In this document: positions 48,988-61,550 of the stretch, piece after piece
Numbering within the stretch: position 1 is the first letter of the stretch
Layout of the letters: the number at the start of each line of letters is the position of its first letter
Source of the DNA: Malacoraja senta
Taxonomy: Eukaryota
Reading direction: 5' to 3'
Assembly: GCA_038087875.1 (NCBI GenBank)
Contig: CM075999.1
Location: 2,110,001 to 2,174,000, forward strand
DNA: 64,000 nt
The notes under the pieces: model-generated
What the model was told of the DNA's origin: nothing
Database searches by the model: none
Seen by the model: the letters and a program-made list of their open reading frames with translations, nothing else
Made by a program: the position numbers and the translations under genes

Positions 48988-51293
48988 GTGTTCGGCCCAT
49001 ATCCCTCTAAGCCTGTCCTATCCATGTACCAGTGTAACTGTTGTAAATACATAGATACATAGAAAATAGGTGCAGGAGTAGGCCATTCGGCCCTTCGAGC
49101 CTGCACCACCATTCAATATGATCATGGCTGATCATCCAACTCAGTATCCCGTACCTGCCTTCTCTCCATACCCCCTGATCCCTTTAGCCACAAGGGCCAC
49201 ATCTAACTCCCTCTTAAATACACCGCAGTTGCATCCCAATGGCTCCAGAGATGGATCCCCTCTCCATTCTCTCTGACCTAGCTATCATAGATTCATAAGT
49301 AGACAAAAAATGCTGGAGGAACTCAACGGGTTGAGGCAGCATCTTTGGGGAGAAGGAATTGGTGAAGTTTCGGGTCGAGGCACGTCTTTGGAGTGCGGGA
49401 GGAAACCGAAGATCTCGGAGAAAACCCACGCGGGTCACGGGGAGAACGTACAAACTCCGTACAGACAGCGCCCGTATTCGGGATCAAACCAGGGTCTCTG
49501 GAGCTGTGAGGCAGCAGCTCTACCCGCTGCGCCACCGTGCCGCCCGTCCTTAGGTCTTGCCTTCTGCCGAGCTGGTTTAGAAGTGAGCGATGTTTCCCTC
49601 AGTGTGGCGTGCGGCACCACATGTCCTAGGATGTTGGACATGATGCACAGGAGCAGCCTGCTTGACCCAGACACAGTGGCACGTATATGCACTGCTCGAG
49701 CTGGTTTGCTGGCTTACCTCCAAGGCACTTACTGCCTCCGACACTCTCTACCCAGTCTTGTCAGTTCCCAGCATTTCAGGGACAGCTGAAACAGCAGTGG
49801 TTTGTAGCCCTTGCATCCGAGGACGATGAGCCTCCATGTCGGGCAACACAGTGTCGCAGCAGTGTTGTCAAGTTAGTTTATTGTCACGTGTACCGAGGTA
49901 CGGGGAAAAGCTCTTGTTGCCTACGAACCAGTCAGCGGAAAGACACATTACGATCGATCCATTTGCAGTGTACAGATACATGATACATAGTGGAGGCCAA
50001 GTCACAGCAAATGCTGTCAATTTATTCTTTGAAGCAATTTTCACGGTAATATTTAAACAAAAAACTACGAGGATCAAAAGTTGTAAAACTGTGAAAAAGA
50101 AAAATATATTTTTAGTTCCGTTGACAGTTTCAGCGTGGAAACAGGCCCTTCGGCCCACGCTGACCACTGGTCACCCGTACACACTGGTTCTATGATATCT
50201 CACGTTCAGTTTAGAGCGGAAACAGGCCCTTCCGCCCAACAAGTCCGCGCCGGCCAGCGAATCCCCGCCCACTGGCATGATCCTACACGCACGAGGGACA
50301 AGTTACATTTATACCCAGCCAATTAGCCTACGGACCTGCGGGTCTTTGGCGTGTGGGAGGAAACCGGAGCTGCTGAAGAAAACCCACACGGTCTTGGGGA
50401 ACTGCTGCAGCTTCGAAAGTGATGGCCGTTTCTTGGTGTGGAAATGCGAAGGGCGTGCGGTGAGGCTGGTCGGCCGCGAGCAGCAAAATATTTAACGCGG
50501 CTCACAAGAGAAAATCCCGCTTCCTGGCTGCCGTGGCAAACTGCGCGGAAAAGCTACATCTTCATCTTGTCGCTAGAGAGTAATTGTTCCAGCAAACATT
50601 TATAAATCCAGGCTACAGACTGTGGCACCCATGCAGATGTATGATAGCCATTAAAAATGGTCGGCCTGGATGGCATTGTTGAATTTTAAATTGTACATGT
50701 ATTATGCAACGTGCGTTCTGAAGACCATCACTTACAGCATTCCCTGAGAGAGTGAATGTAGAAACAGGGGAGCCCGACAGTGCGGGATGTGAGGGGAATT
50801 TATCACTTTAATGGATGGCGCGGGAAGCAAAGCGCAGAGAATAATTTGTATCCCCCGTAAGTACAAAGGCACATTATAAAAGAACTGCAGATGCTGGAAT
50901 CCTGAGTGAAACACAAAGTGCTGGAGTAACTCAGCGGGTCAGGCAGCATCTCTGCAGGACATGGGTAGGTGACGTTTCGGGTCGGGACCCTTCTTCAGAC
51001 TGTTTGAAGTGACGGGGGGGGGAGAAAGCTGGAAATGAGAGGTGGGGGTGGGACAAAGCCCAGCAAGTGATAGGTGGATAGGCACAAATGCTGGAGTAAC
51101 TCAGCGGGTCAGGCAGCATCTGTGGAAAAAAAAAAAATTGGGTGACGTTTCGGGTCGAGACCATTCTTCAGACTGATTGGCGTAACGAGGGAGAGTCTGA
51201 AGAAGGGTCTTGACCCGAAACGTCGCCTATTCCTTGTCTCCAGAGATGCTGCCTGACCCGCTGAGTTACTCCAGCACTTTGTGTTTTTTTCTT

Positions 51294-51590
51294 GTTTAGT
51301 TTAGTTGAAAGATACTGCGTAGAAACAGGCCCTTCGACCGGCCGAATCCACATCGACATGCGATCCCCGTACACTAAATTTTATTCAACGCACTAGGGAC
51401 AATTTTCAGAAGCCACTTAACCTACAAACCGGTACGTCTTTGGAGTGTGGGCGGAAACCGCAGCACCCGGAGAAAACCGATGCAGTAACAGGGAGAACGT
51501 GCAAACTCCGTACAGACAGCACCCGTAGTCAGGATCGAAACCCGGGTCTCTGGTGCTGTGAGGCAGCGTCTCTACCGCTGCGCCACTGGT
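51294..51590 (-). mobile_element. V-SINE
   Basis: Reverse complement of consensus. Confidence 0.85.
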
Positions 51591-51695
51591 AGCGGTAGAG
51601 GAACCTGGAGGGCCTGTTTCCGCGCTGCATCTCTAAACAAAACTAAACCTTGCCGCTGCGCCAACTTCGCAAACCAGCGTCAACAGATTCTTGTG

Positions 51696-52006
51696 TTAAA
51701 GAAGGAACTGCAGATGCTGGAAAATCGAAGGTAGACAAAAATGCTGGAGAAACTCAGCGGGTGCAGCAGCATCTATGGAGCGAAGGAAGTAGGCAACGTT
51801 TCGGCCCGAAACCCGGAAGGAAATAGGCAACGTTTCGGCCCGAAACCCGGAAGGAAATAGGCAACGTTTCGGCCCGAAACCCGGAAGGAAATAGGCAACG
51901 TTTTGGGCCGAAACCCTTCCGGGTTTCGTCCCGAAACGTTGCCTATTTCCTTCGCTCCATAGATGCTGCTGCACCCGCTGAGTTTCTCCAGCATTTTTGT
52001 GTACCT
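51696..52006. mobile_element. Palindromic PLE-derived insertion with four 34-bp internal tandem units
   Basis: TSD TCAACAGATTCTTGTG 51680-51695 / 52007-52022; GAAGGAA recurs at 51782, 51816, 51850, 51884. Confidence 0.9.
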
Positions 52007-52474
52007 TCAACAGATTCTTGTGCCTCCTTACATGCTATTGTAACTGAAAGAGTTCCAAACAGCGAACGTTACTGGAGATAGAAAATACATCAGTTACAGG
52101 TGAAGGAGGAACTCAGAATAGATTATGACTGCAAAATCACGGAATGAGTAATGTGGCAGTGCGGTAATTATCAACACAAACGAACACAGCTAATGCCCTG
52201 CGCATAGCAATTTGAAATGGAAATGAGGTGCAATTAAAAATGCAATTAGTGTTGGGTAAGACAAATGAGGTGGCAGCGTTTATTACATGGCTCATTCTGT
52301 GCGATTGTACACTGGGTCTTGATCACAATTAAAACAAAAGCATTAAAAAAAAAAAAAACACACCATGACTATCGCTGAAGCCTTTCTCACCTCGAGTTAA
52401 CAGGGTAATTATCAGATATTCAACAGTAACAACTGCCTTTAAATATAGTGCCGTGAATGCGTCGAAACATTACT

Positions 52475-52787
52475 TTGTTTAGCTGAGAGATACAGCGTGC
52501 AAACAGGGCCCACCGGGTCCGCGCCAACCAGCGATCCCCGCACATTAACACTATCCCCCACACACACACACACACACACACACACTTGGGACAATTTACA
52601 ATCTTTACCGAAGCCAAGTTAACCTACAGACCTGCACGTCTTTGGAGCGCTGGAGTTAACCGGAGCAAACCTACGAGGTCACAGGAAAACCGTGCAAACT
52701 CCGTAGAGACAGCACCTGCAGTTGGGATCGAACTCAGGTCTCTGGTGCTGTAAGGCAGCAACTCTACTGCTGCGCCACCGTGCTGGC
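52475..52787 (-). mobile_element. V-SINE with (CA)n expansion
   Basis: Reverse complement of consensus; CA run ~52559-52585. Confidence 0.8.
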
Positions 52788-53204
52788 CTTCAAATAAGAA
52801 TTGAAACTGAGCCATATCAGGAGGCACAAAGGCAATGAAGACTTTTCAGTTTAATTTCAGTTTAGTTTATTGTCACGTGTAACGAGGTGCAGTGAAGAGC
52901 TTTTTGTTGCGTGCTATCCAGTCAGTGGAAAGACAACACATGATTACAATCGAGTCATTTACAATGTACAGATACATGATAAGGGAATAACATTTAGTGC
53001 AAGGTATAGCCAGCAAAGCCCGATCAAGGATAGTCTGAGGGTCACCAAAGAGGTAGATAGTAGTTCAGGACCGCTCTCTGGTTGTGGAGATGGCGGGAGA
53101 GGTGGAGAGGTCTAGGGAGGCAGTTCCAGAAGTTAGGATCTTGGTGCGGACCAAGTCCTGGAGCAAAATAATTTGAGGTGATTAAGCAACGAGAATTGTG
53201 ATTA

Positions 53205-54558
53205 ATTTTGGCCTCATATCTGAGGAAGGATGTGCTGGCTCTGGAGAGGGTCTAGAGGAGGTTTCCGAGAATTACCCCGGAAATGAGTGGGTTAACATAT
53301 GATGAGCGTTTGACGGCACTGGGCCTGTACTCGCTGGTGTTTATGAGGGGGGATCTCATTGGAAACTTACCAAATAGTAAAAGTCCTGGATGGAGTGGAA
53401 GTGGAGAGGATGTTTCCACTAGTGGGAGAGTCTAGGACTAGAGGGCACAGCCTCAGAATAAAAGGACGTACCATTGGAAAGGAGATGAGGAGGAATTTCT
53501 TTAGTCAGAGGGTGGTGAATCTGTGGAATTCATTGCCACAGACGGCTGTGGAGGCCAAGTCAATGGATATTTTTAAGGCAGATGGTGATTGATACTTGAT
53601 TAGTACGGGTGTCAGGGGTAATGGGGAGAAGGCAGGAGAACGGGGTTGAGGGGGAAAGAAAGAGCAGCCATGATTGAATGGTTTTGTAGGTCGAATGGCC
53701 TAATTCTGTTCCTATGGCTGGCGAGTGGGTGATGGGCCGAAGGGCCTGTTTCCATGCCGTACCTCTCACTCTAACGTCAGTCCGGGATTTATTAAAGACT
53801 TATATTTATGATCTCTCAGAAGGGAGATCCTATTGAACCAGAGGTCATAGGTTTAAGGTGAATGGGAAAGATTTAATAGGAATCTGAGGGGTAACTTTTT
53901 CACACAAAGGGTGGTGGGTGTGTGGAACAAGCTGCCAGAGGAGGCAGTTGAGGCTTGGACCATCCCAACGTTTAAGAAACAGTTAGTCAGGTACATGGAT
54001 AGGACAGGTTTAGAGGGATGTGGGCCAAACACAGGCAGGTGGGACTAGTGTAGATGGGGCATGTTGGCCAGTGTGGGCAAGTTGGGCCGAAGGGCCTGTT
54101 TCCACACTGTATCACTGTATGACTATGTGCCTGAAACATGGAAACATAGACATAGAAAATAGGTGCAGGAGGAGGCCATTCGGCCCTTCAAGCCATCACC
54201 GCCATTCATTGTGATCATGGCTGATCGTCCCCTATCAATAACCCGTGCCTGCCTTCTCCCCATATCCCTTGACTCCACTAGCCCCTAGAGCTCTATCTAA
54301 CTCTCTCTTAAATCCATCCAGTGACTTGGCCTCCACTGCCCTCTGTGGCAGGGAATTCCATAAATTCACAACTCTCTGGGTGAAAACGTTTTTTCTCATC
54401 TCAGTCTTAAATGGCCTCCCCTTTATTCTAAGACTGTGGCCCCTGGTTCTGGACTCGCCCCAACATTGGGAACATTTTTCCTGCATCTAGCTTGTCCAGT
54501 CCTTTTATAATTTTATATGTTTCTATAAGATCCCCTCTCATCCTTCTAAACTCCAGTG
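53205..54558. mobile_element. Cluster of three CR1 3' ends (+ 53205-53710, + ~53790-54125, - 54135-54558)
   Basis: ORF2 C-terminal peptides and tails. Confidence 0.9.
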
Positions 54559-56869
54559 AATTCCATGAGGATCGGGGAAGAATGTCTGAAGAAATCTTAG
54601 ACGAGGCAACAGTGAGAGTTAAAGTCAGTACCATTGGCAAAGCTTCAGGAGGGACAGTAGCCTCTGGTAAGCAGTAGCTGCAATAAATAAGGCTGTGCTG
54701 CCAAGCCTGGATTAGATTTAATCAACCCATACATATCTGCCACTTCGATACAATCGTTTCCATGACAGCATGACTCTCATAGCCAAAGTTAAATTCTACC
54801 AAGCCAAGCTGACGATAGCATTTCAATGATTCTTTCACATTCAGAATCCGGATGACAGTTTTTTCTGGAGGCTTTTGCTACTGTTTAGTTTAGTTTAGTT
54901 TAGTTTAGTTTAGAGATACAGCGGGGAAACAGGCCCTTCGGCCCACCGAGTCTGTGCTGACCAGCGATTACCCTGTACACACACTAGGGATAATCTGAAG
55001 AAGGGTCTAGACCCCGAAACGTCACCCATTCCTTCTCTCCAGAGATGCCGCCTGTCCCGCTGAGTTACTCCAGCGTTTTGTGTCTGTCTTAGGGATCGTT
55101 TACTATTTTACCGAAGCAAATGAACTGAGAAACCTCCACGTCTTCGGAGTGGCGGAGAAATCTCACCGATGGGAACTTTTTAACAGCGGTGGCGAAATGA
55201 GTTGGATATTTTCATCAGCAGAACATTGGACTTCCACTCCTCATTCACTGCCCTTGACGAGGTTGCACAGGCTGCTGCCAATTCTGAACTGGCGCTGCAA
55301 TAGCTGGCTCACGGATTCAGCGTATGCTTGTTCCCCTATGATCCAAACTCCTGTGGAAAGTTTCAAGAGACATCTGCAAAAAATTCCACTGGAGTTAATA
55401 TCTCACAAGTGACACTAATGCCTTTCCCAGAGTGGATTAAGTTTCTCTTTGCAGAAGGTGACGTGGCATAGTACAGGCTGAAACTTCACTCAGCAGCAAG
55501 TTCATCAGTTCGTAAGTTCTAGGAGCAGAATCAGGCCATTCGGCCCATCATGTCTACTCCGCCATTCAACCATGGCTGATCTATCTTTCACATCAAGAAT
55601 CTAATCATGAGTTTGAAGAAGGGTCTTGACCCGAAACGTCGCCAATTCCTTCTCTCCATAGATGCTGCCTCACCCGCTGAGTTTCTCCAGCATTTTGTGT
55701 CTACCTTCGATTTTTCCAGCATCTGCAGTTCTTTCTTAAACAAGAATCTATCAATCTCCCCTTTGAAAATATCCAATGACTTGGCCTCCACAGCCGACTG
55801 TGGCAATGAATTCCACATGAATGGATTCCAATAAATTCCACAGAGTCACCGCTGTCTGACTAAAGAAATTAGTTGGGTTGGTCGAATTGGGTTGAGATTG
55901 AAAGATAGATCAGCCATGATTGAATGGTGGAGTAGACTTGATGGGCTGAATGGCCTAATTCTGCTCCTCTGACTTATGAACTTATGAATCCATGCCAACC
56001 ATCGTTCACTCGTTCACGCTAGTTGCTCTATGTTGCCCCACTGAGGAGTTTGCACCTTCTCCCTGTGACTGTGTGGGTTTCCTCCGGGTGCTCAGGTTTC
56101 CTCCCACATCCCAAAGACGTGCGAGTCTGTAGGTTTTGCCCTCTGTAAATTGGCCGCTGCAGGCAGGGAATGGACGCGAAGGTGGGACATTGTAGAACTA
56201 GTGATCGATGGTCGGCATGGACTCAATGGGCCGAAGGGCCTGTCTCCATGCTGTTTCTTTCAATCAATTAATCAAGACAGTGGCTCAAGAAGGTGGTTTA
56301 CCAATAATTGTCCCAGGGCGGTTATGAAGGACTGAAACCCCACCACAACCAGAGAGCAGAGCTGAACTCTGACCTACCTCTTTGGTGACCCTCGGGACTA
56401 TCGTTGATTGGACTTTGCTGGCTTTACCTTGCGCTTAACGTTATTCCTTCATCATGTATCTATACACTGTGAGTGGGTCGATTGTAATCATGTGTTATCT
56501 TTCCGCTGAATGGTTAGCGCGCAATGAAAGATATTCACGGCTCACGTGACAATATACTAAACGGCTTACGTTTCTCACAACAACCTGACACTGGAAAACT
56601 AATCTTATAAAAATTAATGTTTCAGATTTCTGCACGTTCTTTATTACGAGGAATAGTTTCTGTCCGGAGAAATGTAAGCAATGTCATTACCATCCTCCCT
56701 TATGCTCAAAAATTCAAAAATATTATTGAGTGGGATTGTGTTTCTTGAAAGCAGATATAAATATTAACTTGATCACCAAGCGGATGAAATAAAGGGCCTC
56801 TTCGTTTTCATTCCATGGGTAGTTTTGCCAATGGGAACCTCTGTGCAAAGTAAAGTACGTTCCTTTAGG

Positions 56870-57192
56870 TGGACAAAAAGTGCTGGAGAAACTCAGTGGG
56901 TGAGGCAGCATCTATGGAGCGAAGGGAATAGGCAACGTTTCGGGCCGAAACCCTTCAGGAAGGAAATAGGCAAACGTTTCGGGCGAAACCCTTCAGGAAG
57001 GAAATAGGCAACGTTTCGGGCCGAAACCCTTCAGGAAGGAAATAGGCAACGTTTCGGGCCGAAACCCGGAAGGGTTTCGGGCCGAAACGTTGCCTATTTC
57101 CTTCGCTCCATAGATGCTGCCGCACCCGCTGAGTTTCTCCAGCATTTTTGTCTTCCTTCGATTTTCCAGCATCTGCAGTTCCTTCTTAAACA
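56870..57192. mobile_element. Palindromic PLE-derived insertion with ~37-bp tandem expansion
   Basis: Inverted arms; flanking direct repeat TTCCTTTAGG 56860-56869 / 57195-57204. Confidence 0.85.
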
Positions 57193-57779
57193 TATTCCTT
57201 TAGGAGGAATTGTTTTAGTCAGAGGGTGGTGAATCCGTGGGATTCTTTGCCGCGGAAGGCTGTGGAGGCCATGTAATGGATATTTTTAAGGCAGAGATAG
57301 ATAGATTGTTGAGTAGTGCGGGTGTCGGGGGTTATGGGAGAAGGCAGGAGAATGGGGTTAGGAGGGTGAGATCGATCAGCCATGATTGAAAGGCGCTGAT
57401 GGGCCGAATGGCGTAATTCTGCTCCCATAACTGATGAACTTATGAACTATAAGACTGCACAAGGTCTCAGAGAAAGGGAGGTGCAAGGCATGTCACAGTT
57501 GATATGGAATGGATGCGTCAGTGGCTTCTGGTAACAAGCCCAATTATCATAGAATATGCCCTGCATAATTTTAATATCCAGCTGACAGCTGTAACTCGAA
57601 CACTCCGTACTGGAGTCGACTTGAAATCACACTGCCGTGCGTTGTTCTTGTGACTGGATGAGAGCCATCTGTACGTTTTCTTGATATCTTTTGCGGTTAG
57701 TTTTAATGATAACTTCCACTTGCAGCCATTTGAAGTCTTTTGACTTCACAAGATGCGGCTCCGATTCAGAAGTACAAAC

Positions 57780-58189
57780 CAAAAGACCCTACAGCGAGCA
57801 AGATAGTCCACTCGACGAAAAAGACGTAGTACGGTCATGGGCAGATTCACGGGTAATTTTCGGCCCCATTTCCGTAACCGGCTTCCGTCTCCGCACCAAA
57901 GATCCCGTCATAGCGGAGCAAAGATAACTAGTGCGGAGACGGAAGCCGCTTACGGAAACATCCTCGTAAAAATAAAAGTTCTTTGGTAAAAATCTTCTCC
58001 TCATTTTCAGAATTATAATTTATTAACACAAAACTGTTCCCCCGCAACGTTGATTACACTGCGGGTCGGGTCGGGTCGGGTTACTGAAATGGATGAAATA
58101 AAGGCCCACGTTCTGCTCCGTCGCGTACTACACGTCAGCCCATTGCATTTAGCAGGAGTGGTCTATCTTGCTCCGCTATGGGATCTTTG
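57780..58189 (-). mobile_element. hAT-type MITE (inverted relative to 62465-62868)
   Basis: TIRs CAAAAGACCCTACAGCGAGCAAGATAG / CTATCTTGCTCCGCTATGGGATCTTTG; 8-bp TSD GTACAAAM. Confidence 0.8.
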
Positions 58190-58626
58190 GTACAAAAGGT
58201 TCTGGGGCTAAGATTGGTCGCAGCCAGATTCAAGTGTATCGTTCCACATGTCCTTTCACCTGGAAATAGTGTTCTCTTTAAGAGGCAGGGCCTCGGCAGC
58301 ATAATCAAGGACAGGTCGCACCCCGGCCACTCCCTCTTCTCAACAAATTAATACGATACGATGCGATAGAACGTTATTTATCCCAGGAGGGAAATTGGTC
58401 TGCCAACAGTCATAAAAACACATCATTAAACATAAAATCCAAGTGATGATTTGGGATGTGCAAAGATTGGGGAGGGGGAATATGGGGGTGGGGGAAGGGA
58501 GTCAGGCTACCCCACGACAGAACGGGGAGGTGTTGTACAGTGTGAAGAAGTGGGGGGGAGGGGGTGGGGGGAGTTGTAGAGTTGTATGCACAATCAGCAT
58601 GCCAGTCTTCAATGCAAAGAATTTGT

Positions 58627-58909
58627 TTAAGAAGGAACTGCAGATTCGAACTTAAGAAGGAACTGCAGATTCGAACTGCAGAACGAAAATCGAAAGGCAG
58701 ACAAAAGTGCTGGAGAAACTCAGCGGGTGCAGCAGCATCTATGGAGCGAAGGAAATAGGCAAGGATTCTGGACGAAACCCTTCAGGAAGGAAATAGGTAA
58801 CGTTTCGGGCCGAAACCCTTTCAGGGTTTCGTCCCGAAACGTTGCCTATTTCCTTCGCTCCATAGATGCTGCTGCACCCGCTGAGTTTCTCCAGCACTTT
58901 TGTCTGCCT
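58627..58909. mobile_element. Palindromic PLE-derived insertion
   Basis: Inverted arms; terminal TTAAGAAGGAACTGCAGATTCGAAC duplicated. Confidence 0.8.
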
Positions 58910-59074
58910 GGGATGTGCAAAGAAACTGTCCACGGTAAACACAAAGTGCTAGAAAACCCACGCAGTCACGGGGAGAACGTGCAAACTCCGTACGGACAGC
59001 ACCCGTAGTCAGGATCGAACCCGGGTCTCTGGCGCTGTGAGGCAGCAACTCTACCAAGCCGTTGACCCATCGAC

Positions 59075-59285
59075 TATCTACTATCTACCTCTTTGGTGAC
59101 GATCCTTGGTCATACTTTGCTGGCTCTACCTTGCTCTAAACGTTATTCCCTTATCATGTATCTGTACACTGTAAATGGCTCGACTGTAATCATGTATTGT
59201 CTTTCCACTGACTGGTTAGCACGCAACAAAAGCTTTTCACTGTACCTCGGTACACGTGACAATAAACTAAACTGAACTGAACTGA
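59075..59285 (+). mobile_element. Rex1/Babar 3' UTR
   Basis: Ends GGTACACGTGACAATAAACTAAACTGAACTGAA. Confidence 0.85.
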
Positions 59286-59477
59286 ATTACTCCAGTGCCT
59301 TCGTGGCAGATCAGGAAGTATTTTGGAAAAGGAAGCCGAAAGAGTCATGTCATCATTTCATAGGTTCCAGAGGCAGAATGAGGCCATTCGGCCCATCAAG
59401 TCTAATGTTCCATTCAATCGTGGCTGATCTATCTCTCCTTCCTAACCCCAATTCTCCTGCCTTCTCCCCGTAACCAA

Positions 59478-60011
59478 ATCTGAGGAAGGACATTATTGCC
59501 ATAGAGGGAGTGCAGAGAAGGTTCACCAGACTGATTCCTGGGATGTCAGGACTGTCTTATGAAGAGAGACTGGATAGACTTGGTTTATACTCTCTAGAAT
59601 TTAGGAGATTGAGAGGGGATCTTATAGAAACTTACAAAATTCTTAAGGGGTTGGACAGGCTAGATGCAGGAAGATTGCTCCCGATGTTGGGGAAGTCCAG
59701 GACAAGGGGTCACAGCTTAAGGATAAGGGGGAAATCCTTTAAAACCGAGATGAGAAGAACATTTTTCACACAGAGTGGTGAATCTCTGGAACTCTCTGCC
59801 ACAGAGGGTAGTCGAGGCCAGTTCATTGGCTATATTTAAGAGGGAGTTAGATGTGGCCCTTGTGGCTAAAGGGATCAGAGGGTATGGAGAGAAGGCAGGT
59901 ACGGGATACTGAGTTGGATGATCAGCCATGATCATATTGAATGGCGGTGCAGGCTCGAAGGGCCGAATGGCCTACTCCTGCACCTATTTTCTATGTTTCT
60001 ATGTTTCTATG
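59478..60011 (+). mobile_element. CR1 LINE 3' end nested in an opposite-strand CR1 tail
   Basis: [43 protein letters not shown]; frameshift near 59772. Confidence 0.93.
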
Positions 60012-60791
60012 TAACCCCTGACACTCGTACTAATCAAGAGTCTATCTATCTCTGCCCTTAAAAATATCCATTGACTTGGCCTCCACAGCCTTCTGTGGCG
60101 ATGACACATTCACCACCCTCTGACTAAAGAGATAGTTTAAGTTTAAGTTCAAGTTCACATTTATTGCCACATGCACCAATTGTCTGTGGAATTCTCTGCC
60201 TCAGAGGGCGGTGGAGGCAGGTTCTCTGGATGCTTTCAAGAGAGAGCTAGATAGGGCTCTTAAAAATAGCGGAGTCATGGGATATGGGGAGAAGGCAGGA
60301 ACGGGGTACTGATTGGGGATGATCAGCCATGATCACATTGAATGGCGGCGCTGGCTCGAAGGGCCAAATGGCCTACTCCTGCACCTATTGTCTATTGTCT
60401 ATAATTGGTACAGTGAGATTTGAGTTACCATACAGCCATACAAATAAAAGGCTTGGACATTTGAATTACGGGCACATCAGAGACAGAGGAGAAAATTGTC
60501 CACAGGAGTCATGGATGAAAAATGAATCAGCTTTATGCAAAGTGGAAATCAGTGGAAGAGATTATGTGAAGGAAGGAACTGCAGATGCTGGTTTAAACCG
60601 ACGATAGGCACAAAATGCTGGAGTAACTCAGCAGGGACAGGTAGCATCTCTGGAGAGAAGGAATGGGTGACATCCCCCGTTCCTTCTCTCCAGAGTTGCA
60701 GCCTGTCTATTTCCTGAGTGTATTTCCCAGAGTAGGGGAATCAAGAACTAGGGACATAGGTTTAAGGTGAGAGGGGCAAGATTTAATAGGT

Positions 60792-61235
60792 GTTAAAGAA
60801 GGAACTGCAGATGCTGGAAAAATCGAAGGTACACAAAATGCTGGAGAAACTCAGCGGGTGCAGCAGCATCTATGGAGCGAAGGAAATAGGCAACGTTTCG
60901 GCCCGAAACCCTTCTTCAGACTGATAGGGGGTGGGGGGAAGAAAGGAAAAAAGGAAAAGGCGGAGGAGGAGCCCGAGGGCTGGGGGAGGGGAGGAGACAA
61001 CCAGAGGGCTGATGAAGGGGAGGGGACAGCAAGGGCTAGCAGAATTGGGAGAATTCAATGTTCAAGCCCCCAGGATGTAGACTGCCCAAGCGGAATATGA
61101 GGTGCATTTCCTCCAATTTACGGTGTTGCTCGCTGTGGCCATGGAGGAGACCCAGGACAGAGAGGTCAGATACGGAATGGGAGGGGGAGTTGAAGTGCTG
61201 AGCCACCGGGAGCTCGGGTTGGTTATTGCGGACTT
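60792..61235 (-). mobile_element. Penelope-like element 3' end: GIY-YIG endonuclease C-terminus, UTR and hammerhead-like core
   Basis: 61233-61036 reads VRNNQPELPVAQHFNSPSHSVSDLSVLGLLHGHSEQHRKLEEMHLIFRLGSLHPGGLNIEFSQFC*; perfect 14-bp TSD AAGATTTAATAGGT 60778-60791 / 61236-61249 in a CR1. Confidence 0.88.
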
Positions 61236-61344
61236 AAGATTTAATAGGTACCTGACTGAGGGTCAACATTTTCACACAGAGGGTGGTGGGTGTATGCAGC
61301 GAGCTGCCAGAGGAGGTGGTTGAGGCTGGGAGTAAACAGCACTT

Positions 61345-61550
61345 GAACTGCAGATGCTAGTTAATACACAAAAAGATACAAAGTGCTGGAGTAACTCAGC
61401 AAATCAGTCAGCAACTCTGGAGAACATGGATAAGTGACGGGTCTTGGCCCGAAACATCACCTATTCATGTTCTCCAGAGATGTTGCCTGACTTGCTGTGT
61501 TACTCCAGCACTTTGTATCTTTTTGTGTATTAACTTGCATCTGCAGTTCC
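61345..61550. mobile_element. Near-perfect palindromic PLE-derived insertion
   Basis: GAACTGCAGATGC...ACACAAAAAGATACAAAGTGCTGGAGTAAC / GTTACTCCAGCACTTTGTATCTTTTTGTGT...GCATCTGCAGTTC. Confidence 0.85.

Noticed and set aside
49550..49860. Unique GC-balanced segment with minus-strand GGTAAG donor-like site near 49715
   Set aside because: No convincing acceptor or recognisable peptide
51782..51920. CRISPR-like 34-bp palindromic repeats
   Set aside because: Head-to-tail with no spacers; internal expansion of a PLE-derived insertion
55187..55303. Possible exon after TTTTTAACAG (RWRNELDIFISRTLDFHSS...)
   Set aside because: No recognisable protein, in-frame stop, no neighbouring exons; cannot support without RNA-seq
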